A DNA stretch of 64,000 nt from Macrostomum lignano (Eukaryota): NCBI GenBank assembly GCA_002269645.1, contig NIVC01002428.1, positions 110,627 to 174,626 of the forward strand, given 5' to 3'. Position 1 is the stretch's first letter, and each line of letters starts with the position of its first letter. The notes beneath the pieces were generated by a model. The model ran no database searches. It was given only the letters and a program-made list of their open reading frames with translations, and was not told the DNA's origin. This document shows positions 26,901 to 38,900 of the stretch, one piece after another. A program made the position numbers and the translations under genes.

Positions 26901-29900
26901 ACACACTGCTGGAATTGTCGTAAAGCAGCCGTTGATGATGAGGTACATCTGGAAATTTGTGCTCGTCGCTGAAGCTGTCTTAAGCGTGCGCGGCAAAATG
27001 ATGAACTGAGCTACTGGAAAGCCGATGTCAAAGCACAGATCCGCCGCAGTGTCTGAGGATACCAAGCTAGCAAGATTTTGGAAAGGTGCCGCATAGAACT
27101 GCTTGTATCGAATCGTAGCCTCTCTAACGTTTCCGGAGAGACACAACTAGAATTATGGCAGGGTAGAGCATTTACCGTCAGACTGATGCGTTCTCTGCAC
27201 TGCTTAGAGAAATAAAGCTAAAAAATTTAGAGCTTACCCTGTCAATATAAATTCCACTACGACAGTTATTAATGGTAAGATCCACAGTCAAATATCCATC
27301 CGTTCCGGTGCGAATATTGAAGCCAGTAGCATCACTGAAGCTGGTAGCCCCCGTGATATAGTCCATTGGCAGGAGCAATGGGTTCGAAAGAGCGTTTACC
27401 ATTGGACAGACTGAATAAACAATTTGTTTTTAGCCGTTAGTGTTTAGAATAAACAAACAATTTTGTCTTAACATAAAGGATAGTGCATTTGACTTACACG
27501 TGGTTCCCACAGTCGTAACGGTCGTGGGGGTTTTGGCAGTAGATGAACTGCTAGTCATCGTGCTTGACGTGGTTGTGCTAGTGCTTGTCGTCGTGCTGGT
27601 TGTTGGAGTGCATCCCGGAATCGGCATGAAGCAGCCATACACCGACAGGAAGAAGTTGTAAGTGCTAGATCCGGTGGCTGTAGAAGACTTCAGTTCCTTC
27701 GGTGCGATGATGATAGTGCTCACGTTGAAGTTCAGGTCGTAGCACAGCAGTCCTGGACCGTCTTGAATAATAGTTGTGGACTGAACCAGTGGCAGGTATG
27801 ACTGAGATGCCGATGTCTGGTAGATGAGGTCAGCTCTCTTTACATTGCCGCCGATAAGGCAAACCTAAAAAGTGCAAGGATTTTTCGGTTACAGATTGAA
27901 TCGTTACGCGACTCTAATGACCAATTAAATAAATGCTACAGAGCCTAATTGTACCTGTGTGATGTATTCTGGTCTGCGGCAGTTGTTGGATGTCAAATCG
28001 ATGAAAAGTCCTTCGCCGGGTGCTCTAGACATTGTGTAGCCCAATACAGGAGAGAATGTTGCTCCACTGATGGCCCAGGAAGGCAGCAACGATGTATCAG
28101 CGATCGCATCGACAGCAGGACAAACTAAAAGTAATATTCAAGTTCAGTATACGATAACAAAAAGATTGAAAGAAATTAAGCCAAAGTACGAGCTACTTAC
28201 ATGTTGGCTTTGGTGTAGTAGTTGCTGTCGTAGTTGAACTTGTTGTTGTCGATGTGGTGGAAGCTGTTGAAGTAGTTGGTGTTGTTGTTGCAGTTGACTT
28301 TGTTGTCTCAGTTGTGGAAGCAACTGGTGTTGTAGTTGTAGAAGATGTTGGCAGTGTAGTAGTTTTCGTTGTTGGTGTAGTTGTAGTTGTAGAACTTGTT
28401 GATGTTGACAATGTGCTTGAAGTTGTAGTAGAGGTCGAAGTTTTAGTTGTTGGAGATGTAGTCGATGTGCTGGTTGTCGGAGTCGTCGTTGTTGAGGTCG
28501 TCGTTGTGGGTGTTGTAGTCGTTGTACTCGTTGTCGTTGAAGTCGTGGTTGAAGTTGTCGTTGGAGTAGTAGTTGTGGTGGTAGTCGTTGGAGTCGTGAG
28601 GCAGGCGCCTGTTAGCGGCGTGAAGCAGGCATCGACTCTAACAAAGAAATTGAACATACTGTCGGTCGAGAACGATTTGAGTCGCAGAGGCACAATTGCT
28701 ATTTTAGCTACAGTCTCTTTGTTGAGAACTGTGTAGCACCACGGACTCGTAGTGTCAACTGAGATGCTCGAAGCAGACAAATCAGGCGAGTACTTTTCAG
28801 TGCTTAATCTTGCAAACAGCAAGTTGGCTTCTCGCACGTTACCAATCAGACAAATCTGAAAGAATAAGCGGACATTCCAGTGTATGGAAACATGTGAGGA
28901 AAATATAGTTCAAGACACGTCATAAATGACATACAAACGCGTACCCTATCAACGACTATTGGCGGCCGACATGAGTTTACAGTCAGATCAATCTCAAGGC
29001 TTCCGTTCTTCAGAGGAAGTCTGTAGCCATAGAATGGGTCGTATTCTCCACCAGTTACAGCGAATGAAGGAATCAAGTTGGACTGGTAGAAGCCGTCAAT
29101 AGCGCAAGACGTTGTGGTTTCCAGTGTTGTGGTCAGAGTAGTTCTTGTTGTCGTCGATGTCGTAGTGCTGGTCGTTGGAGTCGTCGTAGTGGTAGTTGTA
29201 GTCGGTGTAGTTGTAGTAGTGCTTGTTGTAACAGTAGTCGGCGTGGTCGGCGTTGTAGTAGTTGTAGTCGTACTGGTAGTGCTGGTGCTGGTCGTTGTGG
29301 TCGGCGTGGTCAGACACGTGGAGTTAAGAGGATTGATGCAGGCCATGAGAGACACGAAGAACTGGTACTCGGTTGAGTTGTAGCCAGGCTTTGTAGCTTG
29401 AGGAACAATCATTAGTTCAGAGGTGAGTCTATTAAGATCATAGCACAGAGGATCTCCAGTTGAAGAAGTCTTTCCTGGCGTGTTGAAGTCGGGTACCAGT
29501 TTGTCGCTGGTTGGCTCTCGGATCAAGATTTGTGCATTGAACACGTTTCCAGCGATGCACAGCTGCAATCACGATCGTTGACGATTAGTTAGATTAATGT
29601 TATATACGAGCGTAGTTACTAAGCGAGTAAGCATATCCATATCGGAAACAGGAATACAACATCTAAACTTTACCCTTGAAATCACAGCAGCGGGTCGGCA
29701 GCCAAAGACAGTAAGATCGATTTTCAATGCGGCTTTGAGGGGAAGAATGTATCCAAAAAGCTCTCTGTATGTGCCACCAGTGACTGCGAATGATGGCAGC
29801 AAGTCCGAACGACTGAAGGCATCAACGAGGCATGCTGAAAATCAAGTAGTCAGTTTGCACAAATGATTAATCGCATCTTGTAAGCTGGGTTTCCAAAGAA

Positions 29901-32900
29901 ACTGGAGAACAAAAACTAAAAAGTTTCTTTTTAAACTTTGTTTTAACTTACAAGTAGTAGTAGTCGGGGTTGTTATTGTAGTTGTTGGAGTCGTCGTCAC
30001 AGTCGTGGTGGGCGTAGTTGTAGTTGTAGTAGTGGTAGGTGTAGTTGTTGTAGTGGAAGTCGAAGAGGTGCTTGTCGATGTTGGCGTTGTTGTAGTTGTA
30101 GATGACGTTGGTAGAGTAGTTGGCGTTGTGGTTGTCGATGATGTCGTTGTGGTTGTTGTAGGAGTTGTTGTTGGCGTTGTAGTTGTTGAAGTTGTGGTCG
30201 GTGTTGTTGTGCTTGTTGTTGTGCTTGTAGTGGGAGTTGTGGGAGTTGTGGTAGTAGTAGTGGCTGTAGTCGTTGTGGTTGTGGTTGTTGGTGTTGTTTG
30301 GCATGTGTCGTTAAGCGGCAAGAAGCAAGCTTGTATAGTCAAGAAAAACTGATAGTTCACTGCAGGAGCTTGAAGAGCAGTAGGCTTGACTTGGAGCTCG
30401 ACCATGTCGATGTTCAAATTGTAGCATAGTTGAGAACTACTAGTTTCATAGTTTATTGAGTCGGCGAAGATAACCGGATAGTCGGAATATGTTCTTCGAT
30501 AAACCACGTTTGATCTTTTCACATTTCCTCCTATCAAGCAAACCTGAAATGTTCCAAGCGTTTTAAACGGAGTATCTGAAGACAAAATTCTCGTAGTCTA
30601 TAGTAAGCACACTGCTTAGCTGTTAAAACTACTACATCATTCGTAGAAAAGACTTTTGACTCAGAAACAAAAAATATTCAAATAGTTTTACGTGATAAAC
30701 TGTTTAGGTTTGCTCTCAACACTAACTGTCGAACAAAAACTATAAGAGTTTAACTATAGTTTAACTAAACTATAAAGTAGTACTTTGTACTAATTGCTTA
30801 ATAGTACTACAAGGGTGTTCAAAACGTCTTAGGACGTTTTCTCATTACTGTTGGGCTGCGCCCTTCCAGTGCTTGTGTACTTTGTCTTGTTTTCATTTTT
30901 TCAGGCCGCCCCGCCCCGTCCCCCGTCTCGCGCCCGGGCCAGGGTTTGTGAGAGGCGTAAGCCTCAACCCTGGCCTCGCCCTTTCTGCACCCAGCCCCCG
31001 GCCCAACTTCTGTCCAATCTGGTTGCTGACCCTACCCCCTCCCTCTTTGCCCGCCTCACCCTAGGGCTGCTCGTATTGGCTGGCTGGCTGATAAGCCGGC
31101 TGGGCCCCAGGGTTTGGCTCGCCCTCTCCATTCTGCCCTACCCCTCCCCTTTTTGTGTAAATATTATGTAAAGGCTAGCCCTGAGCGGGCTGCGCTCCAC
31201 GCTTTTCGTTCTTTCTGATTTTCCGTTCTTCGGCGTACCTCTGCCATTTGCGTACCAATAACTGCTTCGTGCCAATAACTGCTTTTTACCAATAAACGTT
31301 CCGCCAATTCTAACGCTTCGTTAATAAGTCGATACATCAAGAAGAGGTGAGCGCGTGCTTTCTTCTTTCGGGTTGCCGCGTAGGGCCGGATCTGCAGGGA
31401 CCGGGACCGGTGAACACTCGCTGATCCCAGGGTCGTCGGAGTAGCCAGGGAAGGGCTGGGACCGGGGTGTCTCAGGCGGGAGGGCCCGAACCATGACCCG
31501 TCCAGTGGCCATTAGGCCGAGACACAACATTACTCTTTTTAACAGTCAGCAATAGTACTCCTTGCTTGGCACATCTTTCGTTACTCTGTAATATACGTAC
31601 CTGATAAACAGTCAAGGCTCCCCGGCATCCACGAGCTGTGAGGTCAATCGCTATGTATCCACCGCTGGAAACTGGAATGTTCCAGCCAGTAGCGCCGTCA
31701 AACGTCGCACCAGTGATCGTAAATTGCGGCAAGTACACAGGACTCGATAAACCATTAACGACGGGACAAACTGTAATGACAACGTGAAAATGTCTTATTT
31801 ATTAAGTTATTAATACACTACTTCTCGAATACAGCTCTCAATAACAATTGGGCACTTAAAAGAATCATGTAACGATCTTATTTACTTGTTGTGGGCACTG
31901 TTGTAGTACTTGTACTTGTCAGAGTAGTTGTAGTGGTAGTGGTCGACGTTGTCGGTGTAGTTGTTGTGGTTGTTGTGGGTGTTGTAGTTGTTGTAGTGGT
32001 CGTTGTTGTCGGAGTTGTCAAGCAGGTATTATTCAAAGGTGTGAAGCAAGCCTTGATTGTGATGTAAGCTCGAAATGCCGTGTCGGAGCTGAAAGCGCTC
32101 TTCAACTGTTGCGGTGAGATGCGCACACCAGTGAGCATCATTCCTGTAGGCGGAGTGAAGCACAACGGATCGGAAACCCCAGTAGCTGACTGGCTTGCAG
32201 ACGGAAGATTCGGACTGAATGGTCCTCCGTATGTAGTTTGATACAGGATGTAGGAACTCTGAATGTTTCCTAGTAGACAAATCTGCAAAAACCGTTGTGT
32301 GGTACACAATGTGTATTGTCTAGTGGTATGTCTGAAATTATTAGCAAAGTGTCACGTTGTAACGAAATTCCTGCTCAATACTCACGCTCTCAACAGTAAT
32401 TGGCATGCGGCAGCCAAACACGGAGATGTCCACTGTCATTGCGTAGGTACCACCAGTTCGAATCATGTACCCTGAAACAGTGTAATTGGCTCCACTGACT
32501 GCAAATGATGGAATAAAGCGCTCATCCGACAAGCCATCAACTGCACATGAAGGCGTAGTTGTAGTAGCAGTGGTCGTTGTGCTCGTCGTCGTGCTCGTCG
32601 TTGATGTCGACGTGGTGGGTGTAGTTGTCGCTGTTGATGTTGTCGTCGGTGTAGTCGCAGTCGTTGTTGTGCTCGTCGAAGTGGTTGGTGTTGAAGTTGT
32701 CGTTGAGGTAGTCGTCGTAGTACACGATACTGGCAGAGGAGTGAAACAGGCCTCGATGGAAAGGAAAAACTGATACAACGAATCGCCTGAGGCTGCGCTT
32801 TTAAACTCTTTCGGAACAATTCTCAGCTCGGAAATGGGAAGCATTGGGTAGTAGCACAGCGGTGTAGCAGTGTCACTTGTATTGTACAGCGACTGCTCGA

Positions 32901-35900
32901 AGAAGTCCCAGTAGAGGGTGGAGCCTTGACGGATGATAAGATCAGCTCGTTTTACATTACCGCCGAACAGACAAATCTAAAACGGAACGCATCTAATTTT
33001 AGCATTTGAAATTGCTATTTTATTTAAATATCAAGAAAAGAACAAGTTACATACCCTATTAATTAGGATCGGTGTGCGGCAACCGGATACAGAAATGTCC
33101 ACATAGACGCCTTCCACTGAGCCTCTGGGTACATTATATCCTGTTAACGGATTATAACTAGGAGCATTGATAGAAGAACTAGGAATCAAGACGCCGTTGA
33201 GTCCGTTCACCAAACAGGATGTTGTTGTCGACGGAGTGGTTGTAGTAGTGCTAGTTGCTGTTGTGGTCGATGTCGGCGTTGTGCTAGTAGTTGTGGGAGT
33301 TGTTGTTGTGGATGAAGTAGTCGACGTTGTAGAAGTCGTCGTTGTCGACGTCGTTACAGGTTGAGTTTGACAGGCTGTAGTTAGAGGCGCGAAACAGCCC
33401 TCAAGGCTCAGGAAGAATAAATAATTCGTTTCCAGCGACGAGCTGTTCAGTAGTGCGACTGGCGTGATTGCAATGCTAGATATGTTTGCCCCGAGAGTTA
33501 TGCAAAGAGGAGTCAACGAAGACGAGACAGATACCAAATTGGATTCCAAGACAAGATCGAACCGACCGGTCGGATAAGTCGTCTGGGTAGACACCGTTAC
33601 CTGCCTTACATTTCCTGTCACACAAACTCTCGTTAGGTATGTAGGAACAGGATTACATCCTCCAGCAGTCAAATCTATGATAAGATCTCGTCTCGGACTC
33701 ACTGGCATCTCGTATCGACCAGTTACATAAGTGGCGCCGGTAATGGCCCAATCAGGTATGTACTTTCTATCACTAAGGCCATTGAGTGCTGGACAAATTG
33801 TAGGCTTGACAGTAGTTGTAGACGTTGTTGTCGTTGACGTTGTCGTAGGAGTTGTAGTTGTGCTGGTAGTTGTAGGTGTTGTAGTGGTTGTTGAAGTAGT
33901 CGTCGGTGTTGTGGTAGTGCTACTAGTTGTAGTAGGCGTTGTAGTTGTGCTTGTAGTACTCGAAGTTGGAGTGGTTGAAGTGGTAGATGTAGATGTTGAA
34001 GTGGAGGTTGTTGGTGCGACTGTGGTAGACGTCGTCGTTGGAGTTGTAGTGGTAGTAGGAGTAGTCGATGTCGATGTTGTTGGTGTAGTTGTGGTTGACG
34101 TCGTCGTGGGTGTCGTTGTCGTTGACGTCGTCGTGGGTGTCGTTGTTGTGGTGGTGGTTGTTGTAGTCGTAGTAGTGAGACAGCTGGCATTTAAGGCAGT
34201 GAAGCAGCCGTAGATATTCATATAAAATGTGAAATCTGATCCTGTTCCAGGAGTCATTGTCTGTGGCATCAGCTGCAAACCGGTGATGTCTCTGTTCACT
34301 TGAAGACAAAGCAGCCCGTTTCCACCCGTAACGGATGCAGGGAAAAGCACAAGCCTAGAATCCAGATTGTTCTGTACTGAAATCAGAGTCGTTTGCACAT
34401 TTCCACCGAGACAGACGCTAAAAATTCGAATTGGCGCACGACATCCGCGAGCAGAGATATCCACCACAATAGAACCAAGTGGTTGAACAACGAATGCTCC
34501 TGCTCGATTAATAGATGCCCCAGAAATGTCTTGATCTGGTATAAACTGCGCGCTTGTCATTCCGTCGACCACAGGACAGTCTAAAAATCATATTTTTACA
34601 GACAAATGATGATTATAACAAAAAACAATAAAATGAAACGAAAGGTTAGATTTCTATTACTACTAATTCTTACAGGTCGTAGGTGTAGTTGTAGTAGTAG
34701 AAGTTGTTGTCGGTGTCGTCGGAGTAGTGCTTGTCGTTGTGCTGGTTGTCGTTGAAGTAGTTGAAGGCGTGGTTGTAGCTGTACTGGTTGTTGTAGGAGT
34801 TGTAGGGGTTGTTGTTGGTTCTTTTGTTGTTGTTGATGTTGTTGTGCTTGTTGTGCTTGAAGTTGGTGTTGTCGTCGGTGTAGTGGTTGTTGGGGTCGAT
34901 GTCGTCGGTGTTGTTGTGTCGATGTCGTTGGTGTTGTTGTGGTTGATGTTGTTGTTGAGGTTGTGGGAGTAGTTGTAGTTGACGTTGTTGATGTCGTCGT
35001 AGTCGTTGTAAGACAGGACGCGTTTAAGTTGCTGAAGCAGCCATAGATCGATAAGAAGAAGTAGTAGGAACTTGCTGTCGTCTTTAATAGCTGCGGTTCT
35101 ACCTGAACACTGATGACATCTCTGTTTACATCAATGCACAGAATTTCTCCTTCCTTTGCAGTGAGCGTAGCCGAGTCAGGGATCAGGTAGGGAATCACGT
35201 CTGTGTTGAATCGCACCAGAACAAATGCTTGAGCAACGTTTCCAGCTATGCAAACCTAAAATTTAGGTTAGTGTGATATTATAGTCAATGATTGTGTCAG
35301 TTGGCAGAAATGCTGCTTTTTCTTACTCTTAGAACCCGAGTTGCGGGACGACAGCCTCTCGACGAGATGTCGACAATGACAGACGTTCTTTGCTGAAGTG
35401 TAAACGCTCCTGAGACTTGACGAGTGCTGTTACCGAATGTCGCAATGTCGATAGCGGGGATCATCGAAGGGTACAGCATACCATCGACGCTGGGGCAATC
35501 TGCGATTGAGCGCCAGATTTAGGCAATATTAAAATCTTATTTCTTATAGAGTCGATATACAAAGCCAAGTTAACAGGCCTAGTATGGTGTCCTTAAAGCA
35601 TATGTACTAGTCCCTGTAGCGCTACACATTTAAACTAATTAGTTCGTAAAAGAAATAAAGCGTTGGTATGTATTTTTCTTTGCTAGAACTGTTTCTTTTT
35701 TTTAGTTTTTAATTTATTATTCTTGTTTTGTGTTCTTTGAAATTCGTGCGTTGTTGTCGCAAGTACATTTTTTAGTTTGTCAACTGGTTGCTGGTATAGA
35801 ATTTAACATATGCTCGTAATTTATTTAGATCTATTCTCTTGATGAAGAAAAAAACACTTTTATTTAGCAATTGATATCAATTTGATGTTTGTTTTATTAT

Positions 35901-38900
35901 TACTACCAGTCATAGCAAAGCTACTGCAATATCTGATTCTAAGTTAAGGCTAAAGTTAAAGCAACGACATTAGGACTATCTAACCTAGTCAAAAACAATT
36001 TCGCAATCATATCTTATCAAAGGAAGAAGTCAGAAACTAGCAACTCTATCGAAGTTAAGCGGCTATGCCGTAGGCCCCTGCAAAATCGTCAACTAATTTA
36101 AAGTATCTTTATTTCCTTTCTAACAACAAATACAGGCTGCTTGCTGAGAAAACTACATTTTATATGCTTTTAATAGCGTGACTCGGCTATAGGCGATAGG
36201 GTAACAAGAGGTTTCGGTGAATGTGACTTTGGCAAAAGAGGTTTTGGCGACTGGCTGATAAGTTCGTGATGCCTGTTACATAGGTGAATATAATATGCTC
36301 GCATTGTTCAACACTGCAGCTGACCATGCGTGGTCTACAGGTTGCGTGCGTTGGCTGGGATCTTGCAGGTCAGGAGTTCGAATTTTTGTGTACTTTTTTA
36401 GTTTTTGGTGCTGACATATGACTGCAGGTTGCACAACCGATTAGTGGGTGTGGTAATTTTTTGAGTAGCATGTAAGTAGCAAGAAAATTTCAGTGCTACT
36501 AAACCTGTTGTGTATGGATGATCATATTGTTTGTCATTCAATCTGGTCCGAGTCGATCAATAAGTAACCATCTGCTTTTTAGGCTTTCCTTTTCGCTACA
36601 GTTTTAGGCTTTCCTTTTCGCTACAGTTTTAGGCTTGAAGAGATTTAGTGTGCCCTGGGTCTGTACACAGGCATAAACTCGATGGTAGTGTAGGTTTGAG
36701 ATGATCGCTGTTGTTAGCAGTTCAACAAACACAAATCTTATAGTTGACTAACCGCTACAGCGTGATACGTCCCGTTCGATAACTTTAGATACATGTAAAG
36801 CTCAAATGTCTAGAAATCAACTTACAGGTTGTACTCGGGGCTGTTGTAGTCGTACTTGTTGTTGGTGTCGTTGTAGTCGGCTTCGTTGTCGTGGTCGTCG
36901 ACGTTGTTGTTGGAGTTGTTGATGTAGTTGTCGACGTCGACGTCGATGTCGTTGTTGGAGTAGTTGTAGTCGTCGAAGTGGTCGGTGTAGTGGTCGTCGT
37001 CGTTGAAGTCGTAGTCGTAGTCGGAGTCGTAGTAGTTATGGTAGTTGTAGGTGTGGTCGTCGATGTAGTAGTTGACGTAGTAGTCGTTGGCGCAGTGCAA
37101 GTGCTCGGCAGTGGTTCGAAGCAACCCTCAATGGTGACGGAGAACCGGAAGTTTGTCGCAGCCGAATCATAAGACTTTACCAATTGAGGAGCGATTCTCA
37201 CTGCCGATATGTTGAATCCGATCGAGTAGCAAAGCGAGTCAGCCATGGCGTCCCCGGTGGTGGTGAAAGATAGCTCAGAAAAGACCAGATTTGCAGTGAC
37301 GCTTCTTTGCAAACGGATGTTGGCTTGTTTGATGTTTCCGTAAAGACAGATCTGAAATGCACCAGGTTGAGTTATGGTCGGGTATGAGCTACAATCGGAC
37401 TCATCAGACATTTATGGTTATTAATAGTAACTGTCCGTATACCCTCTCAATGTAGACTGGATTTGGTCGGCAGTTTACGGCAGACAAATCAATGTCCATA
37501 AATCCGGACGCGGACCTTGAAATGCTGTATCCAAAGATAGGGTCAGACGAGACTCCGCTGATAGAGTAGGATGGAATGTAGGTATTGCTCGAAAGTCCAT
37601 TTATTAGTGGGCAGACTGAAAAAGTGCGTAGTAGTTGAAGGTCGGTAAGAAAAGTTGAAAAAAAAATACCATCGAAAAATCGCGAAACAAGAAACTTACT
37701 CGTTGGCTTTGGAGTCGTAGTAGTTGTTGTAGTTGTTGTCGGAGTGGTGGTTGTTGGCGGTGTAGTAGTTGTGGATGTTGTTGGTTTGGTGGTTGTCGTT
37801 GACGTTGTAGCAGTCGTTGTGGGAGTGGTTGATGTCGTTGTAGTCGAGGTAGTGGAAGTCGTCGTTGTTGGCGTCGTTGTTGGCGTAGATTGAGTGGTGG
37901 TTGTCGTTGATGGTGTCGTCGTCGTAGTTGTCGTTGGTGATGTCGTCGATGTTGTTGTTGTAGACGTAGTTGTGGTAGGCGTAGTTGTGGTAGGTGAAGT
38001 TGTGGTTGATGTGGTAGTTGGAGTAATTGTTGTTGATGTTGTCAATGTAGTCGATTTGGTGGTAGTAGACGTTGGGGTAGTGGTAGTGCTGGTAGTGCTT
38101 GTAGTTGTTGTTGGCGTTGTCAGACACACTGCGGAAAGCGGCAAGAAGCACGCGTTGATCGTGAGGTAGAACTGGTACTGGGTTTTGTTCGGTGCCGATG
38201 ACTTGAACTCCAATGGAAAAATTCCAATCTTGGCCGCAACTAGTTTAATGTCGTAGCACAGATCTCCAACATCGCTCGATACGGATGCTGATCTCGGCAC
38301 AGGGACGAATGGCCTATCGGATGTTTCACCGTACAAAATGTTGGCCCGTTTTACAGTGCCACTGATACAGATCTGAAAATAACAGTATATAGAATTAAAT
38401 TTTCCACAAATAATAAAAAACGTTTTTTTACTTATATGAGTAACGATTTGATCGACGAACTTACACTTTCAATTAGAATTGGGCTGCGGCAACTTCCCAG
38501 TACCAGGTCAATTTGCATGACGTCATTTTGGTAAACCAGCCAGCCGCGAAGTGGATCATTCGTTGCGTCTGCCACGGCAGTCGTCGGAATGTAGGAGTAG
38601 TCCGACATGCCGTTTACGATGCGACAGTCTAAAATTTTTATGGTTGATTCGTAGGCTTCGCTTCTCATGTCATCAACGGCAGTATCGGATTTTTTTGTTG
38701 AGAAACTGCCACTTGGCTTTAGCGGCCTATTTTTCTAATATAAATTTCTTAGTTCCTAACACTGCACTCACAAGTCGTAGTGGTGGGCGTTGTTGTCGTG
38801 GTGGTTGTCGGCGTTGTGCTGGTGGTTGTGGTGGATGTCGTCGGAGTTGTAGTGGGTGTTGTCGGCGTCGTTGTAGTAGTAGTAGATGTAGTCGTCGGGG

